The position numbers and the translations under genes are program-made. DNA of 64,000 bases, from contig OX597830.1 of NCBI GenBank assembly GCA_951406725.2, forward strand, positions 69,502,001-69,566,000. The letters are read 5' to 3'. The notes beneath the pieces are model-generated. The model made no database searches, had not been told where the DNA came from, and worked only from the letters and a program-made list of their open reading frames with translations. Below are positions 1 to 12,660 of this stretch, piece by piece (the stretch's first letter is position 1; the number at the start of each line of letters is the position of its first letter). Source of the stretch: Octopus vulgaris. Its lineage: Eukaryota.

Positions 1-10
1 TATATATATA

Positions 11-388
11 CTAGCAGTATCGCCCGGCGTTGCTCAGGTTTGTAAGGGAAATAACTATAAAGCATTTTTAGAGAGTTATAACCAAAAAATAGCAAAAAGA
101 TGGGAAAAAATGATGGTAAATTTTTTTTTAGTTAAAAAAGGTGGAGTTGCGTCCCCTAGACAGTTTGCGGTTTGTGTTTCTGATTCTCGACCCCATGTCG
201 AATTTATCGATTTTTTTCAGAACTGGGGGAACTTTTCAAAATTTTAGCTGCGTTAGTTTTGAATTATGACATTGGGCTATGTGTGTGTCAAGTTTCATCA
301 GAATCGGTTGAAAGCCGTGGTCAGGGTGAGGGTACAAGCAAACAGACACACAGAAACACGCACAGACAAACTGCTGTTTATATAGAGA
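11..388 (-). mobile_element. Non-autonomous Helitron-like element
   Basis: On the minus strand it begins TC (tctctatataaacagcag) and ends with a GC-rich hairpin (cctgagcaacgccggg) followed by CTAG. It sits in (TA)n at an A|T junction with no TSD, the canonical Helitron termini. Confidence 0.7.
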
Positions 389-411
389 TATATATATATA
401 TATATATATAT

Positions 412-830
412 AGGCGCAGGAGTGCCTGTGTGGTAAGAAGATGCTTTCCAACTACATGGTTCTGAGTTCAGTCTCACTGTGTGACACCTTGGGCAAGTGT
501 CTTCTAATGTTGCCTCAGGCTGACCAAAGCCCTGTGAGTGGATTTGGTAGATGGAAACTGAAAGAAGCCCGTCGTATATATACATAGATATATGTATCTG
601 TTTGTGCGTCTGTTTTTGCCTGCCCCCCCCCACCACCACCACCACCACCATCGCTTGAGAAATGATGCTAGTGTGTTTATGTCCCTGCAACTTAGTGGTT
701 CGGCAAAAGAGAACCAACAGAATAAGTACTAGGTTTACAAAATGTAAGTCCTGGGGTCGATTCAATCAACTAAAGGTGGTGCTCCAGCATGGCTGCAGTC
801 AAATACTGAAACACGTAAAAGAGTAAAAGA
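412..830 (+). mobile_element. SINE family A (tRNA-derived, CORE-like segment, internal microsatellite)
   Basis: A-box-like gtgtggtaag, B-box-like gagttcagtc, CORE-like accttgggcaagtgtctt, internal (TA)n/(GT)n and a (gtaaaaga)n tail. About 20 homologous copies or fragments in the window. Confidence 0.8.
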
Positions 831-850
831 ATACATACACACACACACAC

Positions 851-1290
851 ATCATCATCATCATCATCATCATCGTTTAACGTCCGCTTTCCATGCTGGC
901 ATGGGTTGGACGGTTTGACTGAGGACTGGTGAGCCAGAGGCTGCACCAGGCTCCAATCTGATCTGGCAGAGTTTCTACAGCTGGATGCCCTTCCTAATGC
1001 CAACCACTCTGAGAGTGTCGTGGGTGTTTTTGCGTGCCACCGGCACGAGGGCTAGTCAGGTGGTTCTGGCAATGAACACGTTCAAAAGGTGTTTTTATGT
1101 GCTACCTGCATGGGAGCCAGTCTAGCGGCACTGGCAACGACCATGCTCGAATGTTGTTTTTCATGTACCGCCAGCACATGTGCCAGTAAAGTGACGCTGG
1201 CAATGATCACGCTTGAATGGTGCTTTTCTTGTGTAACCAGCACAGGAGCCAATTCATGGCCCTGGCAACGATCATGCTTGGCTGTCAATC
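851..1290 (-). mobile_element. 3' UTR fragment of RTE-X-like LINE (family B)
   Basis: (GAT)n tail on the minus strand; homologous to the 3' UTR of the ORF-bearing copy at 25432-26604. Confidence 0.75.
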
Positions 1291-1633
1291 ACACTTGGAT
1301 GTATATATATATATATCTCTTATAATGGGGTAGGGAGGCTTCTTTCAGTTTCTGTCTACAAAATCTACTCACAAGGCTTTGGTCCACCTGAGGCTATGGT
1401 AGAAGACACTTGCCCAAGGTGCCACTCAGTGGAACTGAACCCAGAACCTTGTAGTCAGGAAGCAAGCTTCTTACCACACAGCCACACATTATACACAAGA
1501 AAGAGAAATACAGACAGATACACAAATATATACAACGAACGTTTTTTAGTCTTTATCAAACAAATCCACTCAGAAGGCTTTGGTCAGCCCAAACTTATAA
1601 TACAAGATATTTGCCCCAAGTACTGCACAATGG

Positions 1634-1800
1634 TAGGCGTAGGAGTGGCTGTGTGGTAAGTAGCTTGCTAACCAACCACATGGTTCCAGGTTCAGTCCCA
1701 CTGCGTGGCATCTTGGGCAAGTGTCTTCTGCTATAGCCCCGGGCCGACCAATGCCTTATGAGTGGATATGGTAGACGGAAACTGAAAAAAGCCTGTCGTA

Positions 1801-1852
<52 letters not shown>

Positions 1853-2066
1853 CGTGTGTGTGTTTGTGTGTCTGTGTTTGTCCCCCTAGCATTGCTTGAC
1901 AACCGATGCTGGTGTGTTTATGTCCCCGTCACTTAGCGGTTCGGCAAAAAGAAACCGATAGAATAAGTACTGGGCTTACAAAGAATAAGTCCCGGGGTCG
2001 ATTTGCTCGACTAAAGGCGGTGATCCAGCATGGCCACAGTCAAATAACTGAAACAAGTAAAAGAGT
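1634..2066 (+). mobile_element. SINE family A, full length
   Basis: Complete head (aggcgtaggagtggctgtgtggtaag...ggttcagtccc), CORE-like region, (TA)n and tail; nested in an older antisense copy. Confidence 0.85.
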
Positions 2067-2376
2067 AGTGGTATTGAACTCAAGAACAAAGGGCTTGAAA
2101 GCAAACTTCTTTAACTACGCAGCCATTCATACGCCTATGCAGCCTAATTTCCTGAGCACACATGCACTGACATCATATTTACTTATCTATCATATATCTT
2201 TTACTTCTTTCATGATTATCACCAGAAACAAGCAAAACAGACAAAAAGGATTTACAAATGCCTTTTACCTCTTTTTAAAACTTCCATGAATAAGCATGCC
2301 CAGGCATATTTTAAGATTTCTTATCATCAGTATTGTCAAGTAATATTTTGAATGATAAGCTAAGATTTCTTTTCAG

Positions 2377-2414
<38 letters not shown>

Positions 2415-2449
2415 ACACACACACACACACAAACAAACAAATACATACG

Positions 2450-2483
<34 letters not shown>

Positions 2484-2487
2484 CACC

Positions 2488-2526
<39 letters not shown>

Positions 2527-2654
2527 GGAAAGATCAAAACCATGGCAGAACAAATCCCCTCAAGTCATTTATAATAATTTAATTAGGGTAAGGTGAATTT
2601 ATATATGTGTGTGTGTGTGCGTGTGTGTGTACACATGAATATATACATACACAT

Positions 2655-3436
2655 TGTTGGCATCCTTTTTGTCTCGGGAGACAATGGAGTTGCGCATAAA
2701 ATAGTCTAGTCCGGCTTTTACATTTCATGTCCTGATACATTTCCTGCTGTGGCTGTGTAGTCCTATCCTGGACAAACACTCCCTCTGGCAGGTACTGCAA
2801 ATGTAGCGAAGACTGTTCCTGGCTGGTTGTAGTGCCATAGTCTCTTGTTAACGTCTCTTCTTTTCTTTCCATTTCTCCTCTCTCTCTCTGTCACTCCTTT
2901 GTATTCCCTCTCTGACGGTACGTTGCCAGTCTCCACGGTTGCCAGCAACTGCCTCCCAACCGCTAATATTGATGTTGCAGGCCCTCATGTCCCTTTTGCA
3001 AACATCCTTGTAATGTAAGAGCGGTCTACCCACAGACCTAGTACCCCTAGCAAGCTCTCCGTAGAGTATGTCTTTGGAGATTCTGCCATCTTTCATACGG
3101 CTAACATGCCCAAGCCATCTCATACGTCTTTGTGTGAGGATGGCAAACATGCTTGGTATTCCTGCTTGCCTGAGGACATCTTTGTTGGGGATATGGTTCT
3201 GCCATTTGATGCAGATGATTTTCCGGAGGCAGCGCAGGTGAAAGATGTTTAGGCGACGCTCTTGGCGTGTGTATAGCGTCCAAGTCTCACTTCCATACAG
3301 TAGTGTGCTAAGTACACATGCCTTTTCGTGGTCTTGGTCAGCTTATTGTTGTCCCAAGCCCATTTGGAGAGTTGGGCCATCGCAGCAGCTGCCTTGCCAA
3401 TGCGTATATTGAGCTCAGCATCGACGCTGAGCTCAA
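2655..3436 (-). pseudogene. 5'-truncated RTE-BovB-like LINE, ORF C-terminus and 3' UTR
   Basis: Translation gives RIGKAAAAM, LLYGSETW, RRMRWLGHVSRM..RISKDILYGEL..GRP and a terminal C2H2 finger CSTCQRECLSRIGLHSH; frameshift and stop present. 3' hairpin gtctcccgagac followed by ggatgcc. Confidence 0.9.
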
Positions 3437-3811
3437 TATACATACACACACACGCAGAAATGTATGCATACATATATATCATCATCATCACTTAACGTCT
3501 GCCTTCCATGCTGGCAAAGGTAGCACATTCTCTCTCTCTGTACATATATATGTATATATATATGTGTGTGTGTATATATATATGTATGTATATAGGAGAG
3601 TATTGAAGTTTGCTTGAAGCTCTGTGTATTGTTTGAAACCAGTATGCTTTTGAATCTCTTTAACAATTCACAATAATGACTTTTATTACTTTTATTCCTA
3701 CCTCAGTTCATCTATTTGTATATATCTATTGTTATTTTTCATAAAAAGCCTTTACTAGTTTGACTTCCAATATGCATTTTCACTTATTTTTCTTCTTACT
3801 TTTCCGTATAT

Positions 3812-4168
3812 ATATGGATGGATGGAAGCACTCCATCGGTTACGACAATGAGGGTTCCGGTTGATCCAAATCAACGGAACAGCCTGCTCGTGAAATTAAC
3901 GTGTAAGTGGCTGAGCACTCCACAGACACGTCCACCCTTAACGTAGTTCTCGGGGATATTCAGCGTGACACAGAGAAACAAGAAGTAAGAGTGAGAGAAA
4001 GTTGTGGTGAAAGAGTACAGCAGGGATCACCACCATCCCCTGCCAGAGCCTCGTGGAGCTTTTAGGTGTTTTCACTCAATAAACACTCACAACGCCCGGT
4101 CTGGGAATCGAAACTGCGATCCTATGACCGTGAGTCCGCTGCCATAACCACTGGGCCATTGCGCCTCC
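3812..4168 (-). mobile_element. SINE family D (tRNA-derived)
   Basis: Minus-strand head ggaggcgcaatggcccagtggtta...gtttcgattccc (A/B boxes) and (catc)n tail; partial homolog at 35345-35530 (+). Confidence 0.75.
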
Positions 4169-4337
4169 TATATATATATATATATATAATAATAAATATT
4201 AGGGAATAAATCCAAATTTACAGGGAAAAAATCAGATTTAGGATTGTAGTGGCGGTTTTTTTTACTTTTTATTAAAATTTTATGTATTGATTAAGTCTTT
4301 CCTTGTTTGTTTTGCAAAATAGTGGTTTTGTCTCTAA

Positions 4338-4380
<43 letters not shown>

Positions 4381-4487
4381 GAAAAAAAAGTTTTGAATGG
4401 TACAACAATGCACTAAAATACAAACAATGGGCTATATACCTGTTGTAATTTAGTCATCCATAGTATGGATGACTAAATTATATCAGG

Positions 4488-4528
<41 letters not shown>

Positions 4529-5109
4529 ATGTATTAAGGGGCAAGGAGGCAGAATCATTAGCACACCAGGCAAAATGCTTAGAAGCATTTCATCTGGGTT
4601 CAAACACTATCAAGGTCAACTTTGCCTTTCATCGACTAAAGGTGGTGCTCCAGCATGGCTGCAGTCACATGACTGAAACAAATAAAACAATAAAAAAAAA
4701 CTATGCCATTTTAATCCCTAGCAACACAGGGTATCTCTGCTAACATGCATATATACATTCATACATACTATCATCATTATCACCTATGTATTTGTGTGTG
4801 TGTGTGTGTAAAAGAATGAGGGTATGCCTGTTTGTTTTTACGATGTATACACAACTGAATACATAAACCTTTAACCCTCTAACAAATGAAAAATTATGAG
4901 CAGACACAAGGTAATCATAGCCGTGTTATAAAGTAGGTCAGTGAACAACTTGTAGTCTCTAACAACTTAAGATGTTTTTGCTGACATATCTGTTGTCAGT
5001 TATATCTTTGTCTGACTTGATTGAATATAAATTGTAATTTGCAGGTGACAAAAACAAACATTTCTTGATTAAACTCCAAATAAAAAAGTAAAATAGATGC
5101 TGTTTGTAA

Positions 5110-5441
5110 AAGGGCTCTCTTCGGTCGTGAATGACCATGGGATTGCACCTAGAAAGTTACTCTCCAAGGCAAATGTCCAGGCAAGATTGTTTATGGAAGA
5201 CCAGCAGTCACCTGTGCATACCAGCCTCCCCTCTTTATGCCACTGATGTTATCCAAGGGAAAGGTGAAGACTGATACAGTTCAGTACTAGTGACATCACA
5301 ACCCATCTCTACTGCTGAGTGAAATGGAGCAATATAAAATAAAGTGTCTTGCTCAAGAACATAACACACAGCCCAGTCTGGGAATCGAACTCACTACCTC
5401 ATGATTGTGAGCCCAACGCTCTAACCACTGAGCCATGTGCC
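5110..5441 (-). mobile_element. SINE family E (tRNA-derived)
   Basis: Minus-strand head tggctcagtggttagagcg...gagttcgattccc; homologs at 28875-29205, 54645-54975 and 42910-43140, with a related head at 40425. Confidence 0.75.
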
Positions 5442-5848
5442 ATTTATAACCATTATAATTATAATACCAGAATATGACTTGTAGCGTATTATACTAGTAC
5501 CCATCTTATTGATACCAATAAATAAACTTTAGTGGAAATCAAAACCATCATGTACCAGTTATACAATCAGCTGTATCAAAGATGTTATTCCAGAGCAGAG
5601 GTTTCCACTTGCTTTTTACCTAGGGACCCCTTTGATTGCTATTTTACATAGGTGGGCCCTCAGAGCCATTCAATGTTCAAAAAGATCCTATTATATAGGA
5701 GTTTTCTAGACACAGGTGTATCTGTGTGCTAAAGAAGCTTGCTTCACAACCAGCCACATGGTTGAAAAGCATTGTGAGTGGACCAAAGACTTCTGAGTGG
5801 ATTTGGTAGATGGAAACTGAAAGAAGTCCATCATGTGTGTATGTATGA

Positions 5849-5886
<38 letters not shown>

Positions 5887-6130
5887 TTCTCCCCAACCAC
5901 TGCTTGACAACTGGTGTTGCTGTGTTTATGTCTCCATAACTTAGCAGTTCAGCAAAACAGACTGACAGAATAAGTACCAGGCTGAAAGAGAAGTAAGTAC
6001 AAGCATCAATGCGTTTGACTAAAACAAATTCCCTTGTTTTAGTCATTAAACTGTGGCCATGCTGGAGCACCACCTTGAGGAATTGTAGTCGAACTTATCG
6101 TCCCCAGTACTTACGTTCTTTTTAAGCCTG

Positions 6131-6450
6131 TGTTGTATAGTGAAACTATAAAAAGTGGTAGGAGCCAGCCATTATAAATAGACCAGTAGCCGGTCAACAA
6201 GGTGGTCGACCTTCTGACAGCACGTGTAGACTGTGTTGGTAGTTGCATCAGTGCTGGTATAGTAATGATACTGAGTGGATACCATATTGATTCAGTCTTT
6301 TGAGGATAATAACACTATACAACTGGGGGTTGTACAGTGCCAGAAGATAACCATTCTATTGATGACTTCAGAATATAACAATATCTGCCAACGCGACAAC
6401 CGTCATCAAAAGACAGATACAAAGTGACAAAAGACCACTTTACAACTGTT
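6131..6450 (+). mobile_element. Possible short LTR with primer-binding-site-like sequence, inserted in a SINE A copy
   Basis: TG...CA ends with inverted tgtatagtg/cactataca (6134-6321), internal TATAAATA, followed by tggggg. It interrupts an antisense SINE A. Confidence 0.35.
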
Positions 6451-6726
6451 TGGAACTTATTCTCTTGGTCTCTTTATTAAGGGGATGTAAACACACCAAC
6501 ACTGATTGTCAAGTGGTGGGGGGAGACAAACACAGACACAAAGCCATGCACACACACACACACACACAATGGGCGTCTTGCAGTTTCTGTCTACTAAATC
6601 CACTCACAAGGCTTGGTAGGCCTGAGGTTATAGTAGAAGACATTTGCCAAGGTACCATGCAGTGGGACTGAACCTGAAACTATGTGGTTGGGAAGCAAGC
6701 TTCATATCACACAACCACACCTGTGC

Positions 6727-6772
<46 letters not shown>

Positions 6773-7666
6773 GATGTGCTTCTATCAATTTCTGTCTACC
6801 AAATTCACTCATGAGGCTTTGGTTGACCCACGACTATAGTAGAAGACACTTGCCCAAGGTGCCATGCAGTGGAACAGAACCCAGAATTATGTAGTTCGAA
6901 GCCAGCTTCTTATCACACAGTCACGCCTACAGAAATTTTAACAATAAAATCTCACACACACACGCACACACACACACACACACACACATATCAAAAGGGT
7001 GTATTATAATACTATTCCACAGCCATACCAACAATCCAACATACCCCCATCATCAGCTGCCCCACGGATATCATTGTGGTTTCGACACCTGTACAGGAAG
7101 CTTTATATAAATCTCTCCAAAGCAAAACAAACACGATTGAAATTAATTTAACTAATAATAATTATATGTGAAATACATTATTTCATCATTCAAAAGTTAA
7201 TAATAAAGCACTACATACTCATACTCATTAATATATCACCACTACAAATTATAACATTAAATTACCAGTAACTAAGAGAAACATAAATTTCATTAAATAG
7301 GAACTAATAAAAGTACTTGTAATTAACTATTATTATTAAACCTTGCTATGTTTAAAGCTAACTAAAACCATTTAAAGGATGATAATACTACTAATATTAA
7401 AACTTACATGTTTTATCAGACACTTGGTTCCATCACCAAGAATTTAAAGCACCCATTAAATGTTGATGATATTGTTTCTAATTACTACTTCCTCAAATGT
7501 CTCAAACAATATTGGTAACATAGTAAGCAAATAACTTGAATGGTAAACCTTCCAAATCCTTACAAATATTCGCTAAGTTGAATGCTAGACATTACCCCGT
7601 ATTTATTTGAGGATATGTATGTGCGTATGTGTGTGTATCTGTGCTTGTGTGTGTGTGTGTGTGGTG

Positions 7667-8122
7667 TACCATATTTGATGGCCTATATGACACACCTTTT
7701 CTACCCAAAAGTGGTTTAAAAAATACCCCTGTATCCAATGTACTCAATGTAGGCTCAAAACTCCCAACTGCATTTCTAATACTATATGTTACAAGAACTG
7801 GCATTTCTAATACAAGAAAGAACAACATGGTAACACCAGAGGGGGAATGAGAGGGTTCGTGGATGGCAGGGTGTTGCCAATCACCTATGGTATGTATGTT
7901 TACAAAACATGTGCTGCCATCTATTGGTGAACAATCACCTACAGTATATTTATATCGAATGTGGATACAATAAATTACTTATAATTATTGGTAATAACAT
8001 AAAATTATACAGGTAAGTGGCGGAATTAAAACATTCTTTTAGTGGTAATTTATTTTACAAAAGTATAGCCTAGGCTAGGGCACGTCCTGTGCACTCATGC
8101 GTTTTATAGGCCAACAAATACA

Positions 8123-8125
<3 letters not shown>
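7667..8125. mobile_element. Tc1/pogo-type MITE
   Basis: Imperfect TIRs taccatatttgatggcctata / tataggccaacaaatacagta with TA ends; a second right end lies at about 10176-10226. Confidence 0.55.
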
Positions 8126-8199
<74 letters not shown>

Positions 8200-8200
<1 letters not shown>

Positions 8201-8583
8201 TTTCTCTTTTACTCTTTTACTTGTTTCAGTAATTTGACTGCGGCCATGCTGGAGCACCGCCTTTAGTCGAGCAAACCTTCCCCAGGACTTATTCTTTGTA
8301 AGCCCAGTATGCTAAGTGACAGGACGTAAACACACCAGCATCGGTTGTCAAGCAATGCTAGGGAGACAAACACAGACACACAAACACATACACACACATG
8401 CATATATATATATATATATATACGACAGGCTTCTTTCAGTTTCCGTCTACCAAATCCACTCACAAGGCATTGGTCAGCCCGGAGCTATAGCAGAAGACAC
8501 TTGCCCAAGATGCCACGCAGTGGGACTGAACCCGGAACCATGTGGTTGGTTAGCAAGCTACTTACCACACAGCCACTCCTGTG

Positions 8584-8587
<4 letters not shown>
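8200..8587 (-). mobile_element. SINE family A
   Basis: Reverse complement of the family A head, CORE-like region and tail. Confidence 0.8.
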
Positions 8588-8612
<25 letters not shown>

Positions 8613-8616
<4 letters not shown>

Positions 8617-10132
8617 TCATCATCATCATCATCGTTTAACGTCCGTTTTCCGCGCTAGCACGGGTTGGACGGTTCGACCGGGGTCTGGGGAGCCAGGGGC
8701 TGCCCCAGGCTCCAGTCTGATCTGGCAGTGTTTCTACAGCTGGATGCCCTTCCTAACGCCAACCACTCCGCGAGTGTAGTGGGTGCTTTTTACGTGCCAC
8801 ATGCACAGGTGCCAGAGGGGTCTGGCATCGGCCATGATCGGTTGGTGCCTTTTTATGTGTCACCGGCACAGAAGCCAGTCAAGGCAGAGCTGGCATCGGC
8901 CACATTCGGATGGTGCTTTATATGTGCCACCGGCACAGAAGCCAGTCAAGGCTGCACTGGCAACGGTCACGTTCGGATGGTGCTTTTTATGTGGCACAGG
9001 TATCACATACTTCCATTGGATGGTGCTTTATATGTGCCACCGGCACAGAAGCCATTCGAAGCGGGGTTGGCATCGGTCACGTTCAGATGGTGCTTTTTAT
9101 GTGCCACCAGCACAGAAGCCAGTGGAGGCTGCACTGGCAACGGCCACGTTCGGATGGTGCTTTTTATGTGTCACCAGCACAGGTATCACAGCTACTCTTT
9201 CCATTGATATTTGGTTCGATGTTCATGTACATGCACTTGACTCAACAGGTCTCCTCAAGCACAGCGAGATGTTCCGGGATCCCACGATCGGTTGGTGCTT
9301 TTTATGTGCCACCGGCACAGAAGCCAGTGGAGGCGGTGCTGGCGTCGGCCACGTTCAGATGGTGCTTTTTATGTGTCACCGGTACAGAAGCCAGTCGGGG
9401 CGGTGCTGGCATCGGCCACGTTCGGATGGTGCTTTTTATGTGCCACCGGCACAGAAGCCGTTCGGATGGTGCTTTCTATGTGCCACCGGTACAGAAGCCA
9501 GTGGAGGCTGCACTGGCAATGGCCACGTTCGGATGGGGCTTTTTATGTGTCACTGGCACAGGTATCACAACTACTGTTTCCATTGATATTTGGTTCGATC
9601 AGTTGGGGCGGCACTGGCAACGGCCACGTTCGGATGGTGCTTTTTATGTGCCACCATACAGAAGCCAGTCGGGCGGCGCTGGCTGGCATCGGCCACGTTC
9701 GGATGGAGCTTTTTATGTGCCACCGGCACAGGAGCCAGTCGGGGCGGCGCTGGCATCGGCCACGTTCGGATGGTGCTTTATTATGTGCCACCGGCACAGG
9801 AACCAGACGGGGCGGCACTGGCATCGGCCACGTTCGGATGGTGCTTATTATGTGTCACCGGCACAGGTATCACAACTACTATTTCCATTGATATTTATAT
9901 TTATTTCGATGTTCATGTTCATGTACTTGACTCAACAGGTTTCCTCAAGCACAGCGAGATGATCCGGGATCCAGGGTACTTTGAAATGGGCAGGGGGCTA
10001 TGCAGGACTGGTGCAGGAAGCAGCACGGGTCTTTGCAATCACAGCATATCTCCAGAGATCTCAGTCCTTCGCCATTGCCTCAGTGAGGCCCAACGCTCTG
10101 AGGTCATGCTTGACTACCTCATCCCATGTCTT

Positions 10133-10135
<3 letters not shown>
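8613..10135 (-). mobile_element. 5'-truncated RTE-X-like LINE with a tandemly expanded 3' UTR
   Basis: Minus-strand ORF end KTWDEVVKHDLRALGLTEAMAKD*DLWRYAV matches the ORF end at 25.6 kb. The 3' UTR holds roughly 14 copies of a ~69-bp unit and ends in (GAT)n. Confidence 0.85.
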
Positions 10136-10175
<40 letters not shown>

Positions 10176-10331
10176 CTAGGGTGCATCCTATACACTCTTG
10201 TGGCTTATAGGCCATCAAATACGGTATATTATCATGTTTAGGCAATAGCAAAACATGAATAGACTGACATATTTTTGTAAAAGAAACATACACACACAAA
10301 CATACTCACATGCACACAAACACACATATAC

Positions 10332-10378
<47 letters not shown>

Positions 10379-11278
10379 AAGAGAGAGAGATATACATATG
10401 TATATTTTTTATTCTCTATTTGTAGATTTTTATATAGAACAATAGGTTTCATGTTTCGGAATTTGCAATTTTCAAATGTTTGACATATATAAAGATGGTA
10501 AGACCATGCTCATCTTGGAATTGGCTATGGTCTTATGGAGCATTTGAAAATGTTGAATTACTAACCATGAGACCTGTGGTTTTGAAGAAAATCCACAAAT
10601 ACAGGAAGTATTTATCCAGCTATGTGGTGTTGAGGATTCGTTCTCACTAGTCACCACTATTATATACATACATATGCATGTATTGTATGTATACGTATAT
10701 ACACAATACTCTACACATCCATACACTTGTACACAATGTAATGAAAAGGAATGACATCATACAATTATGTGGCTTGTAGTTAGTTCTATATTATGATAAT
10801 CTGTATGTAAGGTTTGGATTTTTTTTTCTTCATGCGAGTGCCGAAATAATTGTAATGGGTGCATTCAAAATAGATGTTTCGTTTGAAGTAAAGCGGTTTC
10901 TTTCTATAGACCTTTCTGAAAACCTTTTGAATATGTTGAGATGAATTAAGACAAACATAAATGAAATGGGTTTGTACTTATAAATATATTCACTCAAATG
11001 AGTTCATATACATTGTGAATTACAATAACAAAAGTACTTGGTCAGGTTTTTGCTTTTATTGTATTCAACTAAATATTACCTGGCTGTTTGTTATGTCATT
11101 TTATTCCGATTGCGTAATGGGCATTTAAATTTGTATGTAATTATATACGTATATATATATATAGTATATTTATGTATGTATGTATTTATGTATGTACATA
11201 CATATTTATGTATCTATGTACATATGTATGTTTATGTATCTATGTACATATGTACACTTATGTATGTATGTACATACG

Positions 11279-12084
11279 TACTTGGTCAAATCAATAGGTA
11301 TCCAGAGTGAAACTGCTTAGCACAGACTAACCTTGAACTCTGCTCTGCATGCACACTAAGTTTTAATGTTCTAGCTCACTTCTGCTGTTCACAGCAATGA
11401 TTGGAAGGAAGGTGTGTAGCATGTGATCGTTGCATTGACCATGACAGAGAAATTTGAGCAGAGAATCTGCATCAAATTTTGCCAAAAGGTTAGTGATACC
11501 TGCTCAGAGCCCCATGCAAACAGTTTTCATCATTCTTGACACAATCAACGAGATCTTGTGCAACTGAAACCTGAGTGTTTTTTGGTCAGCTGAAAACAGT
11601 TTTGGTCCAAACTTGGTCGACACGAGTCTCATACCCAAATCTTCAGTGATAATGGACTGAACTGAACCATAACTAATCTGCACATCTTCTGGTAACTTGC
11701 AGATAGTGATTTGACGATTTCTCTTCACAGCTGTATGCAATGTTTTTTCTCAGTTCTGCTGGTTACGGGTCCCCCAAGACGCTTGTCAATATCAACACTT
11801 TTTCAGCCACCTTGGAAATGTCTGAACCACTCATACACTTGTGTGCAGTTCATACACTCCCCTCCATACACTCTCGGTAACTTTGTGTAGGCCTCTGAGA
11901 AGGTATTACCATGACAACTTTCTCTGTCATGGTCAGTGTTACAATTACACGCTACACACCTTCCTTCCGAGCACTGCTGTAAACAGCAGAAGTGAGCTAG
12001 ACCATTAAAACTTAGCTTTGCTGTGTGTGTGCTTTAACTTTGTTACTATGGCAATAGTCCTGATACTTATTGATCAGACCTCGT
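11279..12084. mobile_element. Mariner-derived element made of two inverted 5' ends
   Basis: Minus-strand transposase HTH fragment (RQITICKLPEDVQISYGSVQSIITEDLGMRLVSTKFGPKL). The 5' leader sequence is present at both ends in opposite orientation. TIR cgaggtctgatcaataagtatc. Confidence 0.7.
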
Positions 12085-12161
12085 TCTTATTTATGCAAGT
12101 ATGTACGGATGTATTCATGTATGTACATTCATATGTAAGTTGATATATATGTACGTATTTG

Positions 12162-12192
<31 letters not shown>

Positions 12193-12253
12193 ATGGTCCC
12201 CCCACCATTGTTCGACAGCTAGTTTTGGTTTCTTTTCATCGTTGTAGGTTAGA

Positions 12254-12442
12254 TAGGCGTAGGAGTGGCTGTGTGGTAAGTAGCTTGCTTACCAACCACA
12301 GGGTTCCGGGTTCAGTCCCACTGCGTGGCATCTTGGGCAAGTGTCTTCTGCTATAGCCTCGGGCCAACCGAAGCCTTACGAGTGGATTTGGTAGATGGAA
12401 ACTGAAAGAATTTCGTCGTATATATGTATAGATATTTCGTCG

Positions 12443-12473
<31 letters not shown>

Positions 12474-12660
12474 ATGTGTGTGTTTGCATATTATTGTGTC
12501 TGTGTTTGTCCCCCCCCCCCAACATCGCTTGACAACCGATGCTGGTGTGTTTACATCCCCATAACTTAGCGGTTCGGCAAAAAGAGACCGATACAATAAG
12601 TCTCGTGCTCCAGCATGGCCACAGTCAAATGACTGAAACAAGTAAAGAGAGTGTAAAGAG
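12254..12660 (+). mobile_element. SINE family A
   Basis: Head, CORE-like region, microsatellite and tail match family A. Confidence 0.8.

Noticed and set aside
4095-4168. tRNA gene (also the SINE A, C and E heads)
   Set aside because: A/B boxes are present but the sequences continue into SINE bodies and tails and do not close a proper acceptor stem.
8345-10174. Overlapping 180-350 aa Cys/His-rich ORFs
   Set aside because: They are antisense readings of the tandem units in a LINE 3' UTR.
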